A DNA stretch of 64,000 bases from Camelus dromedarius (Eukaryota): assembly GCF_036321535.1 (NCBI RefSeq), contig NC_087443.1, positions 30,876,001 through 30,940,000 on the forward strand. The letters are read 5' to 3'. Both the position numbers and the translations under genes were made by a program. This document shows, piece by piece, positions 63,768 through 64,000 of this stretch (its first letter is position 1; every line of letters begins with the position of its first letter). Below the pieces are notes generated by a model. The model was not told where the DNA came from and searched no databases. It saw nothing but the letters and a program-made list of their open reading frames with translations.

Positions 63768-64000
63768 ATTTTGGTCGGGCGAATTATTGGTGGGTGGGAG
63801 CCGTCAAACTCATGGATGAACATAAACATTTCTGTTAAGTCAAATAGCAGTTACAAACCAGGGTTGGGTAAGAACGGATGAAAATTTCCTGAAGGAAGGT
63901 TAATGAGGAGATGGAAATGTCAGTTTCTGGTATGTTCGCTCCATCTCTACTACACACGCAGAAGGAAAATGCTAGGAAGACGGAACTTCAGCTAAAAGCG

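Noticed and set aside
63904-63960. Any CRISPR array, operon, snoRNA or miRNA gene in the window (coordinates are a placeholder at the window end)
   Set aside because: No regularly spaced repeats and no box C/D or H/ACA or known miRNA sequence were recognised. A covariance-model search (Infernal/Rfam) would be needed to exclude small RNAs.

Overview
Mammalian genomic DNA, most likely a camelid (four copies of a tRNA-derived SINE match the camelid Vic-1 type). The window is orthologous to human 10q22.2. Minus strand, in tandem: ZSWIM8 (5' end only), CHCHD1, FUT11, SEC24C. Plus strand: SYNPO2L (long PDZ isoform and short isoform) and MYOZ1. All exon boundaries were traced by hand from splice sites and reading phase, and all visible CDSs are intact. 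Five N-runs hide parts of three known coding exons, one probable SEC24C cassette exon and part of an L1; nothing inside them can be read. I found no prokaryotic-type system and no convincing new protein-coding gene. The best leads are regulatory: (1) a 3-codon uORF whose stop overlaps the SEC24C start (TAATG); (2) a GC donor competing with an in-frame GT donor in MYOZ1; (3) an RBFOX-flanked hidden exon and a candidate poison donor in SEC24C; (4) an overlapping uORF on ZSWIM8; (5) the SEC24C poly(A) site abutting the FUT11 promoter; (6) an 18-nt in-frame deletion in SEC24C; (7) a triplicated MER53 arm. Comparisons to human proteins are from memory, not from a search.
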